Below, piece by piece: positions 19,913-30,467 of a stretch of DNA of 64,000 nucleotides. The translations under genes and the position numbers were made by a program. Source of the stretch: a virus (Duplodnaviria; Heunggongvirae; Uroviricota; Caudoviricetes). Every line of letters begins with the position of its first letter. The stretch's first letter is position 1. The notes under the pieces are model-generated. The model did no database searches. It saw only the letters and a program-made list of their open reading frames with translations, and was not told where the DNA came from. Location: the IMG/VR virus record IMGVR_UViG_3300025000_000056, one strand, 5' to 3'.

Positions 19913-21022
19913 TCACACTCCTGGTGTAACTACGATTTTAAAGGCGTAATCCTGCATTGAAGGTACATAATCTTCTCGACTGATCTTTAACCAGAAGGTA
20001 ACCTCCTGAGTTGGCCCAATACTCTCAATAATGATATTATCCCCATAAGAGAAGGGCATACCGAGATCATCAAGGGAAACGTCTGCCAACTGATAACCTT
20101 CGCGGGCTAAGAGTTGGTAAATTCCAATATGAACGTTATTTAAGATGTAATCTTCATTGTTCGTAACGATAACTCTCTTTTCGATAAAGTTTTGAACCAT
20201 TTCTCCAAGATCAAGACTTATATCCTGTCTTAATACAATATCGTCAATACTAAAACTCAAATCGAGATCATACGAAAAGACATCTCCACCCCAAAGATGA
20301 TCGAGCGCAGTCTTGCCAATTAATTGACCAAGACTGTCGTAAATTTCAACGGTGCCGTAAATTGACAATGTATTGACATTCAGATAAGTGACTTTTTTGC
20401 CTTGGGGTACAGTAGTTTGACTAAGTATCTGATTATTGAAATTACGTAAGATAACTTTCCAATTAGGCAATAGATTGCCCACTATAATCTTATTATCCCT
20501 CATAATTCTTACGTAGTCAATATCAAGATTGACAGAATTGACATTATTTTTGCCTTGAAGTTCTACTCCGATCATTGTAAGTCCAGGGGATACTCCGGAG
20601 CCAATTAATTTCCAAGTGTTGCCGCCATCACTAGATCCGTAGCCTTCGTAACGACCCTGAGATCTTTTTATACGCATATGAGTATAATTTATAGAGGTCT
20701 GTTGATATTTATCAAAGTACTCTAGAAGTTCTACCTTTTGCGATTCTCCTTGGTATGCTACAATTCCACCCATATCGGATTCAATTGTTGGAAAATAGTT
20801 ATTGGCAATTTCGAAAACAAAGTCGCCATCAGGCATAGGAAGTAGGGCATAAATATCAGGGTCTCCGTGCTTTAAACGGAGATACCCTGATATTTCTGTC
20901 GTACTGTAACGACTTGTATCACTTGGCGACATTAACCAGTTAGAGCTTAGCGACGGATCGGAGAAATTATCTTCAAAGATGAGTCCGCTTTCCACTCGAT
21001 TAATAATAGCCATTTGACTCAC
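19913..21022 (-). CDS. Virion protein with ConA-like lectin (beta-xylosidase C-term/DUF1349-like) N-domain
   Basis: FEDNFSDPSLSSNW..GYLRL..GGIVAY..HMRIKRSQGRYEGYGSSDGGNTW..DIDYVRI. ATG at 21013 may be the true start. Confidence 0.6.
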   Translation of the reverse strand: MSQMAIINRVESGLIFEDNFSDPSLSSNWLMSPSDTSRYSTTEISGYLRLKHGDPDIYALLPMPDGDFVFEIANNYFPTIESDMGGIVAYQGESQKVELLEYFDKYQQTSINYTHMRIKRSQGRYEGYGSSDGGNTWKLIGSGVSPGLTMIGVELQGKNNVNSVNLDIDYVRIMRDNKIIVGNLLPNWKVILRNFNNQILSQTTVPQGKKVTYLNVNTLSIYGTVEIYDSLGQLIGKTALDHLWGGDVFSYDLDLSFSIDDIVLRQDISLDLGEMVQNFIEKRVIVTNNEDYILNNVHIGIYQLLAREGYQLADVSLDDLGMPFSYGDNIIIESIGPTQEVTFWLKISREDYVPSMQDYAFKIVVTPGV

Positions 21023-21030
21023 CCCACTAA

Positions 21031-21348
21031 TTACTTCAAAACTAATTCCATCCTATGATTAATAACCTTAACAATTCTTGTGTTCTCGTCACCTATATAG
21101 GAAACCGAAAGTTTCAATGATGCAACAGCGTCCTGAATAGATCCATGGATTGAATGTATGATCCACGGTTGACCTTTGATTGGCTCAACAACAAGAGGAT
21201 TATTATAAGCAAATGGTGCCCCGGTAGTAGGCGGAGTAGGATTATGATAGAAAAGACATTGTGATGCTGTATCATCCGTAGCATACATTGTCAAATGACT
21301 AAATGGATTTCTTGGTCGACGCATTACCCAATATTCAACTAAAGCCAT
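21031..21348 (-). CDS. Hypothetical virion-module protein
   Basis: 105-aa ORF with GGGGG RBS, co-oriented in the operon. Confidence 0.7.
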   Translation of the reverse strand: MALVEYWVMRRPRNPFSHLTMYATDDTASQCLFYHNPTPPTTGAPFAYNNPLVVEPIKGQPWIIHSIHGSIQDAVASLKLSVSYIGDENTRIVKVINHRMELVLK

Positions 21349-21367
21349 GTTTATTCCCCCTTAATAA

Positions 21368-24175
21368 TTATCTGATCCACATCTTGCGTTGTTTGATGCG
21401 ATTATCACCTTTAGATTTTTGATGCCAGTGATCCATATGATAACGTATTAGATACGTTATTAACTCACGCGCTGCCACAATTCCCTTAAGATCATTCGAA
21501 TTATCTTGTTGTTTTGTATAGGCTCCGATAAACCGAGCACCCGTCAAGACTAAACCGGATAATTTACACGAAGATCCAACATAGTGAAATACGATAGCAT
21601 GAGTACCCATAGGTACATTGAACTCATAACGCTTACTTGTATCGGGTGTTATTGTTTCAATAAGTTGATTATTAATTGATACCGTTAATGTACCATCCGT
21701 AAGCATTGTACTAAAACTAAACGTCCCGTCGATGTAATTTGTTAAACTAAGAGTTAAGAAGTTATCGCCGCCTAATGTTAGAATAGAATTATCAAATGTA
21801 ACGTTGTCCCAAGTATTTAAGGCGTAGTCACAATTGAAATCTCCAACAGCAAAATTGTCCATCCAACTTCCATAATCCCTAACAAGTAGCCACTTACCAT
21901 ATTTCATGATACAGCGTTCTCCATACCACCTAGCAAATCGTAATGCCCTATGATAACCAGGGTTATTCTTTATTCCCTCGGAGTTATAGATGTAATCATG
22001 CATATAGTTAAGAACACTATTAACACCTTCGCCGGCGCTCATACCAGCGAATTTATTAATATAACGGTAAAGATAAACCGCACCAACGATTGTGATATCT
22101 CGAAGATAGTAATTGTTAACCCATAATTCCTGTTTTGCGAAATCACCAGGCATGTCGACTGGATGGTTAAGCATATGATTAACATAGACATCGGCAACGT
22201 TTGGTGGGCTTAATGGATTATATGGAACCCCATTAACGTCATAAACTTGATCTTTAAGTTTAGCATAATCATAATCACTCTGCGGCATGATCATATAATC
22301 AAGGCGATCATCATCGATTAATAGTTTCCATAGATCATCAAATCCTATATTCCATGTACCATCAATCGTGCTATTGAAACTTACCGGTCGATTATCTCCA
22401 TCATAGTTCCAACCAAGCAGTGTCTCACTCGGCTCAATAATTGAATCTGCCTTATTAACATCAAGTGTTTTAGACTCTTCAACTAAACGCGGTGCCGGGA
22501 TAATGTCTAGAGTCTTAGTCTCTCTGCCTGGACGTATAATTGGAATAGTATCAATAGTTTTTGAAAAGACCGTTTGTCGAATGTTTGGTAGAATATCGAT
22601 GGTTTCTTGCTTAAGAACATCACGCTTGTCTTGGAGAGTCTGAATAATATCCCGTAAAATGACATCTCTGATAATAGGCCTATCAATTATAAGGGCTTTA
22701 TTGAGACAGGCCTTCAAGATCTCATTATGACTAAAGACGGTCTCATGAAGTACTAGAATTTTACGTCTCTTATCTGATCGTTTTAATTGTTCAATTAAAC
22801 TAACTCGAACTTGCTTTTCGATAGTATAACTATCATAGATAATAGACTCAAGATAGCCTTTAACTGCATTCGCTTCACGAGTATTTATGATCGCTGGATT
22901 ACTATCTTTTGATATATTTGAAATAGCAACCATATAAAATATCAAAGGCTCTCTTGTGTTTTTACCTTCGAATATCTTATCCATGAGTTTGTATCCCTTT
23001 GTTTTTCTAAAGGATTTAACAAAGTTGTCATAAGATACTGTGGATTCATGGTGGACATTCGTTCGAAATCCGTGAGTCCATTTCGTCGATAAAGCGCCGT
23101 AGTTATCAATTCGATTAGCATGTGAGTCACCATAAAGATCTGCACGCTTATCGACATTCATGCGAGTCATCGTTTCTGATTCCGGTATACCGGAATCATT
23201 CCTATAAACTCTAAAACCATTAGAAAGATCGGTCTTATTAGATACATGTTCACGACTTTTTCTAAGAAAGTGTGTAAGACTTAAACCTACAGCATCATGA
23301 TAAATCATTAAGCGATCTAGAGTAAGATTACTAAACAGTGCCGCATCAATTTCACGACGTAACTTTACTGCTTTGAGTGTGTTAATTAAGCCTGCGTCGT
23401 AAAGAGCGCTTGGTCTTGCGATCTTAATCGATGCATGAAGATTCGAAGTAATAGCCTCATAAAGCTTCTCAGATATAATAACGTCACCAAACTCCGTATA
23501 ACGAGCTTCATGGATCTTTTCGGTATTGATGACATTATTAAGAATTCCAAAACTAATAGTACCCTTGCCAAATGAAATGATGGTTTCGTTTAAATCACAT
23601 GGTCTTGTTTCACGAAACGTGATGACATTTCTAGACATATCACCTATACGTACATTGCTATTAATCAGTATGACGTTGTTCATTTTACTATCAAAAGAGG
23701 ACTTACTCGCTGCTGGCGTTAACGCCAGCAGCGTTTCCCTTGGTTTAGGATTAAACTCTACGATCTTATTCGTCACTATATCTCGAGCATTTTCCTTAGC
23801 TAGTAGAGAGTTACTAAGATAAGTAAGGTATTTAGGCTTTTGAAGTAGTAAAGAACTATTAAAGTGACCTATCGATAGTGGTTTTTCAAGCAACATAGAA
23901 TTGTTCATGAAAACTTCTGATTCGGGTTTAATAAAGGCCATTAATCTATTAATAGTAGACACGATATTACGGCGCTTCGCCGTAATAAACTCAGCCATCT
24001 GAATCGTATCTATATTTTCTCTAATGGCCGGTAGAGAGGATTCCGTTTGTGCTTGAAATGTCTGATAAGGATCGAATAGAAAACCGTAGCTTCTTTCAGA
24101 CCGAGTCTGAAATTTAAACGAATAACTATTCTCCACCTTTTTCATATTGAATGAGAAAGAATATTCCTGCGGCAT
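21368..24175 (-). CDS. Large fibre/appendage-like protein with 14-15-aa pseudo-repeats
   Basis: 935 aa; repeats ETIDILPNIRQTVFS/KTIDTIPIIRPGRET/KTLDIIPAPRLVEES; C-terminal beta-sandwich. Confidence 0.55.
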   Translation of the reverse strand: MPQEYSFSFNMKKVENSYSFKFQTRSERSYGFLFDPYQTFQAQTESSLPAIRENIDTIQMAEFITAKRRNIVSTINRLMAFIKPESEVFMNNSMLLEKPLSIGHFNSSLLLQKPKYLTYLSNSLLAKENARDIVTNKIVEFNPKPRETLLALTPAASKSSFDSKMNNVILINSNVRIGDMSRNVITFRETRPCDLNETIISFGKGTISFGILNNVINTEKIHEARYTEFGDVIISEKLYEAITSNLHASIKIARPSALYDAGLINTLKAVKLRREIDAALFSNLTLDRLMIYHDAVGLSLTHFLRKSREHVSNKTDLSNGFRVYRNDSGIPESETMTRMNVDKRADLYGDSHANRIDNYGALSTKWTHGFRTNVHHESTVSYDNFVKSFRKTKGYKLMDKIFEGKNTREPLIFYMVAISNISKDSNPAIINTREANAVKGYLESIIYDSYTIEKQVRVSLIEQLKRSDKRRKILVLHETVFSHNEILKACLNKALIIDRPIIRDVILRDIIQTLQDKRDVLKQETIDILPNIRQTVFSKTIDTIPIIRPGRETKTLDIIPAPRLVEESKTLDVNKADSIIEPSETLLGWNYDGDNRPVSFNSTIDGTWNIGFDDLWKLLIDDDRLDYMIMPQSDYDYAKLKDQVYDVNGVPYNPLSPPNVADVYVNHMLNHPVDMPGDFAKQELWVNNYYLRDITIVGAVYLYRYINKFAGMSAGEGVNSVLNYMHDYIYNSEGIKNNPGYHRALRFARWYGERCIMKYGKWLLVRDYGSWMDNFAVGDFNCDYALNTWDNVTFDNSILTLGGDNFLTLSLTNYIDGTFSFSTMLTDGTLTVSINNQLIETITPDTSKRYEFNVPMGTHAIVFHYVGSSCKLSGLVLTGARFIGAYTKQQDNSNDLKGIVAARELITYLIRYHMDHWHQKSKGDNRIKQRKMWIR

Positions 24176-24190
24176 GATATCACATCCTTA

Positions 24191-25657
24191 TCAGGCCTCT
24201 TTGATACCAATACCACAATGGAAATTAGGAGTATTAGTCAAGAAGCTGAATGGAGCATTAATCTTAAAGTATCGATAGGTTTCTTCCGGCTTTTCGGGAT
24301 CGACCGAACCTTTATTAATAACTAATTTGTCAAGATGAATAATAGAGGTATTGTCTACCACGACGACGTCAGTCAGCCAGCCTCGATATCCATCATAACC
24401 ATGCACAACGTAAGCGGGTGAAAGATGAAACTTGTTTGTCCAACGACTTGGATTAAACCGATCCTTATCCATATCTTCAGACGTTGTTATAAATGAGACA
24501 TAATGTCGTTGATAAAACGTATCATTGCGAGTTTTGTACATTGAGATATCTGATACGCCGGTAGCCGTATACTCACCCCAGAAATCTGAGTATTTGATAT
24601 CTATAATATTGCCGTACAGTGGGTCTCTTGTTACTCCATTTGGAATACACGGGACACTTGAAGATCCAGTAGTTAAGGCAAAGTTCCCAGCCGTATCGTT
24701 TGAGGAGTCCTTAAAATTACTAATCTTGCCCACGTAACCAAAACTAATAAGATAGTTATCATAGTTTAACGTTGGATCGCCTATGAGCACCATTGCGGCA
24801 TGGTCGTTGTCGACTGAGATATAAAACTGAATCGTAAGATTCTCAAAAATACCAACGTAGGGAATCTTAGCATACGTCAACCCATCTTCAATATTCGTAG
24901 TTCCGCCGTCTTCATCTAGAGCGTCGTTCAACTGCTCCTCGAAATCGCGATACCAACTAAACTGGGACCATTCGGAAACGTGGGAGTTAAAGTTAATGAT
25001 ATTACCACTTACGTCGTCAAAATCATTCTCTTTATATTGTTCCGTTATACTATCCCAAACATCAAAGATACGAGTTTGTACATAATAATGATTTTCGTAG
25101 GTCGTTTCTACGCCAGTTTCAAGATTCGTTACGAATTTGGGTTTAACGATTTCCCAGTACATTGTTATTTGATCAACCTGGGAACTGGTATTTGTACCAT
25201 AGGGATCTTCCATCGGTTCAGGAATAATCTTGGTCGTTACGGTCTTTAAAACAATTCGATCTGTTATCTTTCCTAAGCCGGTCTGTAGCTTGTTACTTGT
25301 TTTGTAATCATAACTAGCCATTAAGCTGTCTAATTTCGGAACGACAAAAGAGATTTCACCCAGTAAGAAGTTTACAGTATACTCGACACTATCAACTTCG
25401 GTACCATCTAGATATTTTAGAACAAAACTATTGTTGTCAATTAAGTCCTGTTCAGACGTAGAAAATATAAGATTGGTATCATCAGCAACAAGAACCTCAT
25501 CAAACATGTTGGCCGTATTATACGGCGTAGGATAAACTAATGACCAATTTCTAGCTTCATCAACTAATCCCGATTCGTCTTTGTTTGCTGTACAAAATAT
25601 GTTTGCAATATCCCTTAGGAATCGACTAGAATTTGTTAAACCTTCAGCCCATGCCAT
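24191..25657 (-). CDS. Virion structural protein, paralogue A
   Basis: 488 aa; MAWAEGLTNS..WSLVYP..SEWSQFSWYRD..NDTAGNFALT..YRYFKINAPFS shared with the neighbour. Confidence 0.75.
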   Translation of the reverse strand: MAWAEGLTNSSRFLRDIANIFCTANKDESGLVDEARNWSLVYPTPYNTANMFDEVLVADDTNLIFSTSEQDLIDNNSFVLKYLDGTEVDSVEYTVNFLLGEISFVVPKLDSLMASYDYKTSNKLQTGLGKITDRIVLKTVTTKIIPEPMEDPYGTNTSSQVDQITMYWEIVKPKFVTNLETGVETTYENHYYVQTRIFDVWDSITEQYKENDFDDVSGNIINFNSHVSEWSQFSWYRDFEEQLNDALDEDGGTTNIEDGLTYAKIPYVGIFENLTIQFYISVDNDHAAMVLIGDPTLNYDNYLISFGYVGKISNFKDSSNDTAGNFALTTGSSSVPCIPNGVTRDPLYGNIIDIKYSDFWGEYTATGVSDISMYKTRNDTFYQRHYVSFITTSEDMDKDRFNPSRWTNKFHLSPAYVVHGYDGYRGWLTDVVVVDNTSIIHLDKLVINKGSVDPEKPEETYRYFKINAPFSFLTNTPNFHCGIGIKEA

Positions 25658-25660
25658 ATA

Positions 25661-27451
25661 TTACACCTCCTTAATAGCAATTCCATAATGGAAGTTTGGT
25701 GAGTTTGTTAAACAACTAAAGGGAGCGTTAACTTTGAAATATCGGTACGTTTCCTCTGGAAGCAGAGGATCTACAGAGTCTTTGTTAACGATCAACTTAT
25801 CTAAATGAATAATTGAAGAATCGTCAACAACCACAACGTTCTTTAACATCCCTCGATATCCATCATACCCTTGTACGACGTAAGCAGGTGACATATGAAA
25901 CTTTCCAGTCCATCGGCTTGGATTAAAAGCATCTTTCTGCATCGTTTGTTCCGGAGTAATAAAGGCCAGAAAGTGTTGCTGAAAATAAGCACAGTTACGA
26001 GACTGATACATTGAAATATCCGATACGCCAGTAGCCGTTCTTAAACCCCAAGTTGTTGGATAAACAATATTAGTAATCGAACCATAATACGGATCTCTAA
26101 CAACTCCAAGTTCAGTCTTAACGTATTGAGTAACTGGCGGAGTAATACTATGATCACTGGTCAGCGTCCTTGGTATATAGCCCTGTAATAACAATATATC
26201 TTTAGCAACATCTTCAACAAAATACCAATTAGTATCGACTGCGTCGGCCGCCGGTACACTAGACCCATTGCCGTCTAAGGCCCAAGTTACGATCTTTTTC
26301 ATAAAAACCTTAACACGAGTTGCGGTCGGCGGGATATTTGCGAATTCAACTTTAAATTGATCCTTATCCGTTTTCCTGCAGTTATAAGACTCGTAGGTTG
26401 TGTATGATGTAACGCCGGTTTGTTGATTATAAGTACCTAATCGAGAAGTTAAATGATCAAAGTTTTCTATATACGTTACAACAAGCTCTTGCATTAGAAG
26501 AGGATCGCCAACGCTTCTATCGTTGTAGGGCAGGAACTTAAAGGACACTTTATGAATACGCTCAACTCGCGAATCATACAATTGAGTTTGTCCTTCTGGA
26601 ATCACTATTGTAGGTTGTGTAACGGTCAACTCTACGGGAAACTCCATTGTAACGGGATCCGTAATCGCTGAATCTGAATCCGTTCGTTGAATCCAACAAG
26701 GAATTACCGAAGAACTAACAGTTAAAGCAAAGTTCCCAGCCGTATCATTAATAGAACCTTCAAAGCTTTCGATTTTGCCAATATAACCAAAACTGATTAA
26801 GTAATTATCAAAGTCTACCGTTGGATCTCCAACGAGAACCATTGCGATTTTATCGTTGTCAACCGAACAATAAAACTCAATACCTACCGTGCCAAAGACT
26901 CCAAGATTGGGAATCTTATCATAAATAAGTCCTTCTTCGATATTACTGGTTCCACCATCGGTATCGAGCGAGTCCTTTAATTGTTCAGTATAGTCGCGAT
27001 ACCAGCTAAACCGGGCCCATTCGGAACAATGGGAATTATATGTTGCAACATTGCCTTTAGCGTCGTAAATATTAGCCTTAGGTTTAAATGTTACTTCGTC
27101 CATAACATCGAACATTCGACATTCAAAATAGTAGTAGTTTTTATAGCCTGACCATATGCCAGTTTCTACATTAAGAACAACTTCCGGCATATAAAACTCT
27201 ACATACATGCTTAATGATTCTTCATCATTATTATCGATACCATAAGGATTAGGCACTCCGGCTTGAGCAGGAGTTGTCGTTGTTCTAACGACAGCACGAT
27301 TAGTAATTAGATCAAGACTTGCTGGGTAGATTAATTCCCAGTTCTTAGCCGGATCAACATCGCCGTCGACATTCTTATTAGCAGTACAGAAAACATTCAT
27401 TAAATCCTTAAGTATACGCTCGCTGTTTGTTATTCCTTCAATCCATGCCAT
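25661..27451 (-). CDS. Virion structural protein, paralogue B
   Basis: 596 aa; MAWIEGITNS..WELIYP..SEWARFSWYRD..NDTAGNFALT..YRYFKVNAPFS. Confidence 0.75.
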   Translation of the reverse strand: MAWIEGITNSERILKDLMNVFCTANKNVDGDVDPAKNWELIYPASLDLITNRAVVRTTTTPAQAGVPNPYGIDNNDEESLSMYVEFYMPEVVLNVETGIWSGYKNYYYFECRMFDVMDEVTFKPKANIYDAKGNVATYNSHCSEWARFSWYRDYTEQLKDSLDTDGGTSNIEEGLIYDKIPNLGVFGTVGIEFYCSVDNDKIAMVLVGDPTVDFDNYLISFGYIGKIESFEGSINDTAGNFALTVSSSVIPCWIQRTDSDSAITDPVTMEFPVELTVTQPTIVIPEGQTQLYDSRVERIHKVSFKFLPYNDRSVGDPLLMQELVVTYIENFDHLTSRLGTYNQQTGVTSYTTYESYNCRKTDKDQFKVEFANIPPTATRVKVFMKKIVTWALDGNGSSVPAADAVDTNWYFVEDVAKDILLLQGYIPRTLTSDHSITPPVTQYVKTELGVVRDPYYGSITNIVYPTTWGLRTATGVSDISMYQSRNCAYFQQHFLAFITPEQTMQKDAFNPSRWTGKFHMSPAYVVQGYDGYRGMLKNVVVVDDSSIIHLDKLIVNKDSVDPLLPEETYRYFKVNAPFSCLTNSPNFHYGIAIKEV

Positions 27452-27464
27452 TAAACTATCTCCT

Positions 27465-27932
27465 TTACTTAAAGAATTTTAAATTGAACCACACAGTTTT
27501 ACTGGTTCCGCTATCATTATGAAAACTTATAGCGATTGCCGTATTAGCAGCTACTGGAATAACACCAGATTGTGGGCTCATCTCTGGCAGTTCTTTAGTA
27601 TAAATGGTTTCGTAGTACGTTACGCCGTTAATTATTAACTCCCAATAATCATCATCTGCATAGCCACTACAAGCAATGATAACTCCCGATAGCTCCATAT
27701 CGACAGTCGGCACATATTCAATCGTGTGTGTGGTCATCGTTGCGGGTATGTTAATCTTTAATCCTTTAGTAAAGGGTACTCCAAGCGTTGGAAATCCTGG
27801 TATATGGATCTTTCCAATTTCATCGATATATACAACTTGATCGAGCTTGCCGCCTTTAAGATTCTTAACCTCATTGACAACATCGACTTCATCGACCTTA
27901 CCACCAACATTATAATTAACTGAAAATGCCAT
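27465..27932 (-). CDS. Hypothetical virion protein (jelly-roll-like C-terminus)
   Basis: 155 aa, beta-rich, GGAG RBS. Confidence 0.7.
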   Translation of the reverse strand: MAFSVNYNVGGKVDEVDVVNEVKNLKGGKLDQVVYIDEIGKIHIPGFPTLGVPFTKGLKINIPATMTTHTIEYVPTVDMELSGVIIACSGYADDDYWELIINGVTYYETIYTKELPEMSPQSGVIPVAANTAIAISFHNDSGTSKTVWFNLKFFK

Positions 27933-28919
27933 TTATTTCACCACCGGTAAATCAGGTAAGGTAAACACGACTAGTGTTGTTCCATCGGGCTGCGGTAGCG
28001 CTTCAATCTTTTCAGGAGTTATATAACCGTGATCATTAACATCATCACCATCAACAGCTTCTCCCTTGATAATAAAGCTCTCCGGATCGATATCATCTAC
28101 TAGTACAGTCCCGGTAACTTGTAACGTAATAACCTTTAAATAAGTTGATACATTGCTAAAATCCCTTTCAGGATACGTATCTAATACTTCGGTGTATTCC
28201 TCATCATTAGACGAGAAGTCATAGGTACCCGCATCATAGCTAAGCGTATCTTCCTCTGAGATTGTAGCCTTACCATAGATTGATAGATTAAATTGTTGAA
28301 TATCTGACCACTGACCATCAATTGCTCGAACACGCCAGTAAATTATACCGTCTGAGAATTCTATATTAGGACTAATGGGTCCGGTGCTTTCGATCTTATC
28401 ATTTGACCAAATTAAAGGTTCAAATGTGTTACTGTAACTAATCATTACTTCATAGATTTGATGTGGATTTTCACTAACTGATTCCCATGAGAATCCCGGC
28501 ATACTTAGATAAATCGTTTTATCAATTGGACTAATAATTACAGGAGCTTTAAGAAGCTCAATAATAATCGTTGTAAAGGTTAGTTTCATTGAGCCAAAGA
28601 GAGGTGCTCCAGAAACATCTTTAATACAATTTTGGGCTAAATCACTCATATCGTTTTGCCCAACAACCGTAATAAAGTACGTCGTGTTAGAATCCCATGC
28701 CTTAGAGATCGGTATGATTTCTAAGCATTTCTCTTCTCGATTGAGAGTCACCGTGTGATCAACATGGGTTCCAATACTTGTTGTCACTAAGATTCCCATA
28801 TCAAGCGTATTGACATCAATATAACTGCTGAAATAAATTAGAACAGGCCTATATGTAAGAATATTCGCAGCGTTATTGGCCGGTATTGTTTTAGTGATTT
28901 GTAATGGGCCTATGTACAC
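27933..28919 (-). CDS. Ig-like (SbsA/Big_5-type) plus FN3-like virion decoration protein
   Basis: ITKTIPANNAANI..VLIYFSSYID..LEIIP....NTTYFITV; second domain APVIISP..FSWESV..YWRVRA. Confidence 0.6.
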   Translation of the reverse strand: MYIGPLQITKTIPANNAANILTYRPVLIYFSSYIDVNTLDMGILVTTSIGTHVDHTVTLNREEKCLEIIPISKAWDSNTTYFITVVGQNDMSDLAQNCIKDVSGAPLFGSMKLTFTTIIIELLKAPVIISPIDKTIYLSMPGFSWESVSENPHQIYEVMISYSNTFEPLIWSNDKIESTGPISPNIEFSDGIIYWRVRAIDGQWSDIQQFNLSIYGKATISEEDTLSYDAGTYDFSSNDEEYTEVLDTYPERDFSNVSTYLKVITLQVTGTVLVDDIDPESFIIKGEAVDGDDVNDHGYITPEKIEALPQPDGTTLVVFTLPDLPVVK

Positions 28920-28939
28920 AGATGATCACCAACCTTAAA

Positions 28940-28965
28940 TAGGACGAGGCTTAAGCCTCGTCCTA
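28940..28965. repeat. Perfect 26-bp palindrome, intergenic
   Basis: TAGGACGAGGCTT|AAGCCTCGTCCTA after the gene following the major capsid gene. Confidence 0.9.
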
Positions 28966-28971
28966 AGCTTA

Positions 28972-29316
28972 TTACTCTTTATCTTGAGTAGTTTTAGGTT
29001 CCTTCTCAGGATCTTGTTCGAGTTCTTTCTCAGGCTCTTTATCCTCTTGAGGAGCCTTCGGAAGTTTTACAGGCCTTACGGCCTTCTCAGTCTTTTCAAC
29101 CTCGACAATCTTTTCGCCAGCTAAGACTCTCGTCAATGTCCCTTTGACATCGATTAAGTCCTTACTCTCTAACGAGTTTTTGATCATTCTTAAAACCGAT
29201 TCCGTGGCGTCGTCAGGAACGAATCCCATCGGACGCCACGGGGTTAAGTCAAGACCAATCTCTGGTATAAAGAATAAACTGCGACCAGGTGCCAGGCAAA
29301 CTTGATGCTTCGCCAT
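28972..29316 (-). CDS. Small capsid-associated protein with charged tail
   Basis: 114 aa directly after the MCP; K/E/P-rich C-terminus. Confidence 0.65.
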   Translation of the reverse strand: MAKHQVCLAPGRSLFFIPEIGLDLTPWRPMGFVPDDATESVLRMIKNSLESKDLIDVKGTLTRVLAGEKIVEVEKTEKAVRPVKLPKAPQEDKEPEKELEQDPEKEPKTTQDKE

Positions 29317-29339
29317 GTTTCACCCAACCTTCCAAACAA

Positions 29340-30428
29340 TTAGATATTTTTGACACGAATCGGAATATTGAAGGCTTTGTTCATGGAAATGTTCTTAGCA
29401 ACGGCCACAGCGCGACCTTGATAGAGTACACCCACGCCATAGCGTTCAACGCATTTTACGTTATGGATATCCCGAGCAGGCTCGTCGAATTGCTCGGTTT
29501 TGAGTTCGTCACGAACAAGCAGGACACCAATGTTGTTTTTATCAACAAAGTACATGTCATAAGTCTTGTTCTTTTTGTCAACCGGAATAAACGGAGACAG
29601 TTGAACGTTAAAACTAAACGGCAAACGACCTTGAATCGAGGAAGGTCCCATAGCCATAGATGCCGGAGCGCCCTTGGCAGGGAAGGTTGTATAAGGATTG
29701 GCAGCAACCATATTCGCGAGTTCAGTCTTAGCGAAAGCACTCCATGAAAGCGGATGCATCAGGATGTCTCCTGGTGTAAACTCGTTATTCATGATGATGA
29801 TTGCCATGTCAAGGAAGTCCTCAGCACTCATGGTTCCGTTGGCTACGCCATTATAATCGAGACCGGTTGTTTTAGCAGCCGCACGAGGATCGGCATTGTC
29901 AAACACAGTGTGACCATGTTTAGAGAAAGCATTGAAACACTTTTGCTCTTTATGGCGAGCCATTGCGCGACCAGCTTGCTCAATCAACATAGAGACGATA
30001 TCCCATTGAGAGTCAGCAACCATTTCACTCGAAACTCGCACGCGAACACCGGATTTTCCTACGCGGATTTCCGGTACTTCGTGGGTCTGCCAGTCGATGG
30101 TGTCTTCGGGAATTTCTTGACCTTCCCCAACGTCGTAAGCTCTCATAATACCAATACTTGGGAACACCATAGATTGACCCGTTTGAAGACGGACTTTCTT
30201 AAGCATCTTAGAAGCGATATAGAGGGGTTCAGCCGCTTCGCGCATAGCACCGATAATGACCTTAGGAATAAGTACAGAAGCCGATGGACTTGCCAAGAAT
30301 TCCTTCATAGCTAACGTTCCAGCAGGGGCTTCTTCTCCGGCCATAGCGATCTTAAAACCTTCGAGCATTTTCAGCTCGCTCTCATTTAATTTATAGTCTT
30401 TAATCTCTTGTTCGGTAAGTGTAGGCAT
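29340..30428 (-). CDS. Major capsid protein (HK97-like fold)
   Basis: 362 aa; VLIPKVI..AYDVGEGQEIP..KSGVRVRVSSEMVADSQWDIV..LMHP..VERYGVGV; follows protease/scaffold and decoration genes. Confidence 0.85.
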   Translation of the reverse strand: MPTLTEQEIKDYKLNESELKMLEGFKIAMAGEEAPAGTLAMKEFLASPSASVLIPKVIIGAMREAAEPLYIASKMLKKVRLQTGQSMVFPSIGIMRAYDVGEGQEIPEDTIDWQTHEVPEIRVGKSGVRVRVSSEMVADSQWDIVSMLIEQAGRAMARHKEQKCFNAFSKHGHTVFDNADPRAAAKTTGLDYNGVANGTMSAEDFLDMAIIIMNNEFTPGDILMHPLSWSAFAKTELANMVAANPYTTFPAKGAPASMAMGPSSIQGRLPFSFNVQLSPFIPVDKKNKTYDMYFVDKNNIGVLLVRDELKTEQFDEPARDIHNVKCVERYGVGVLYQGRAVAVAKNISMNKAFNIPIRVKNI

Positions 30429-30467
30429 TAATTATGTCCTCCTTATTAGACAATGTCAGTAATGACA

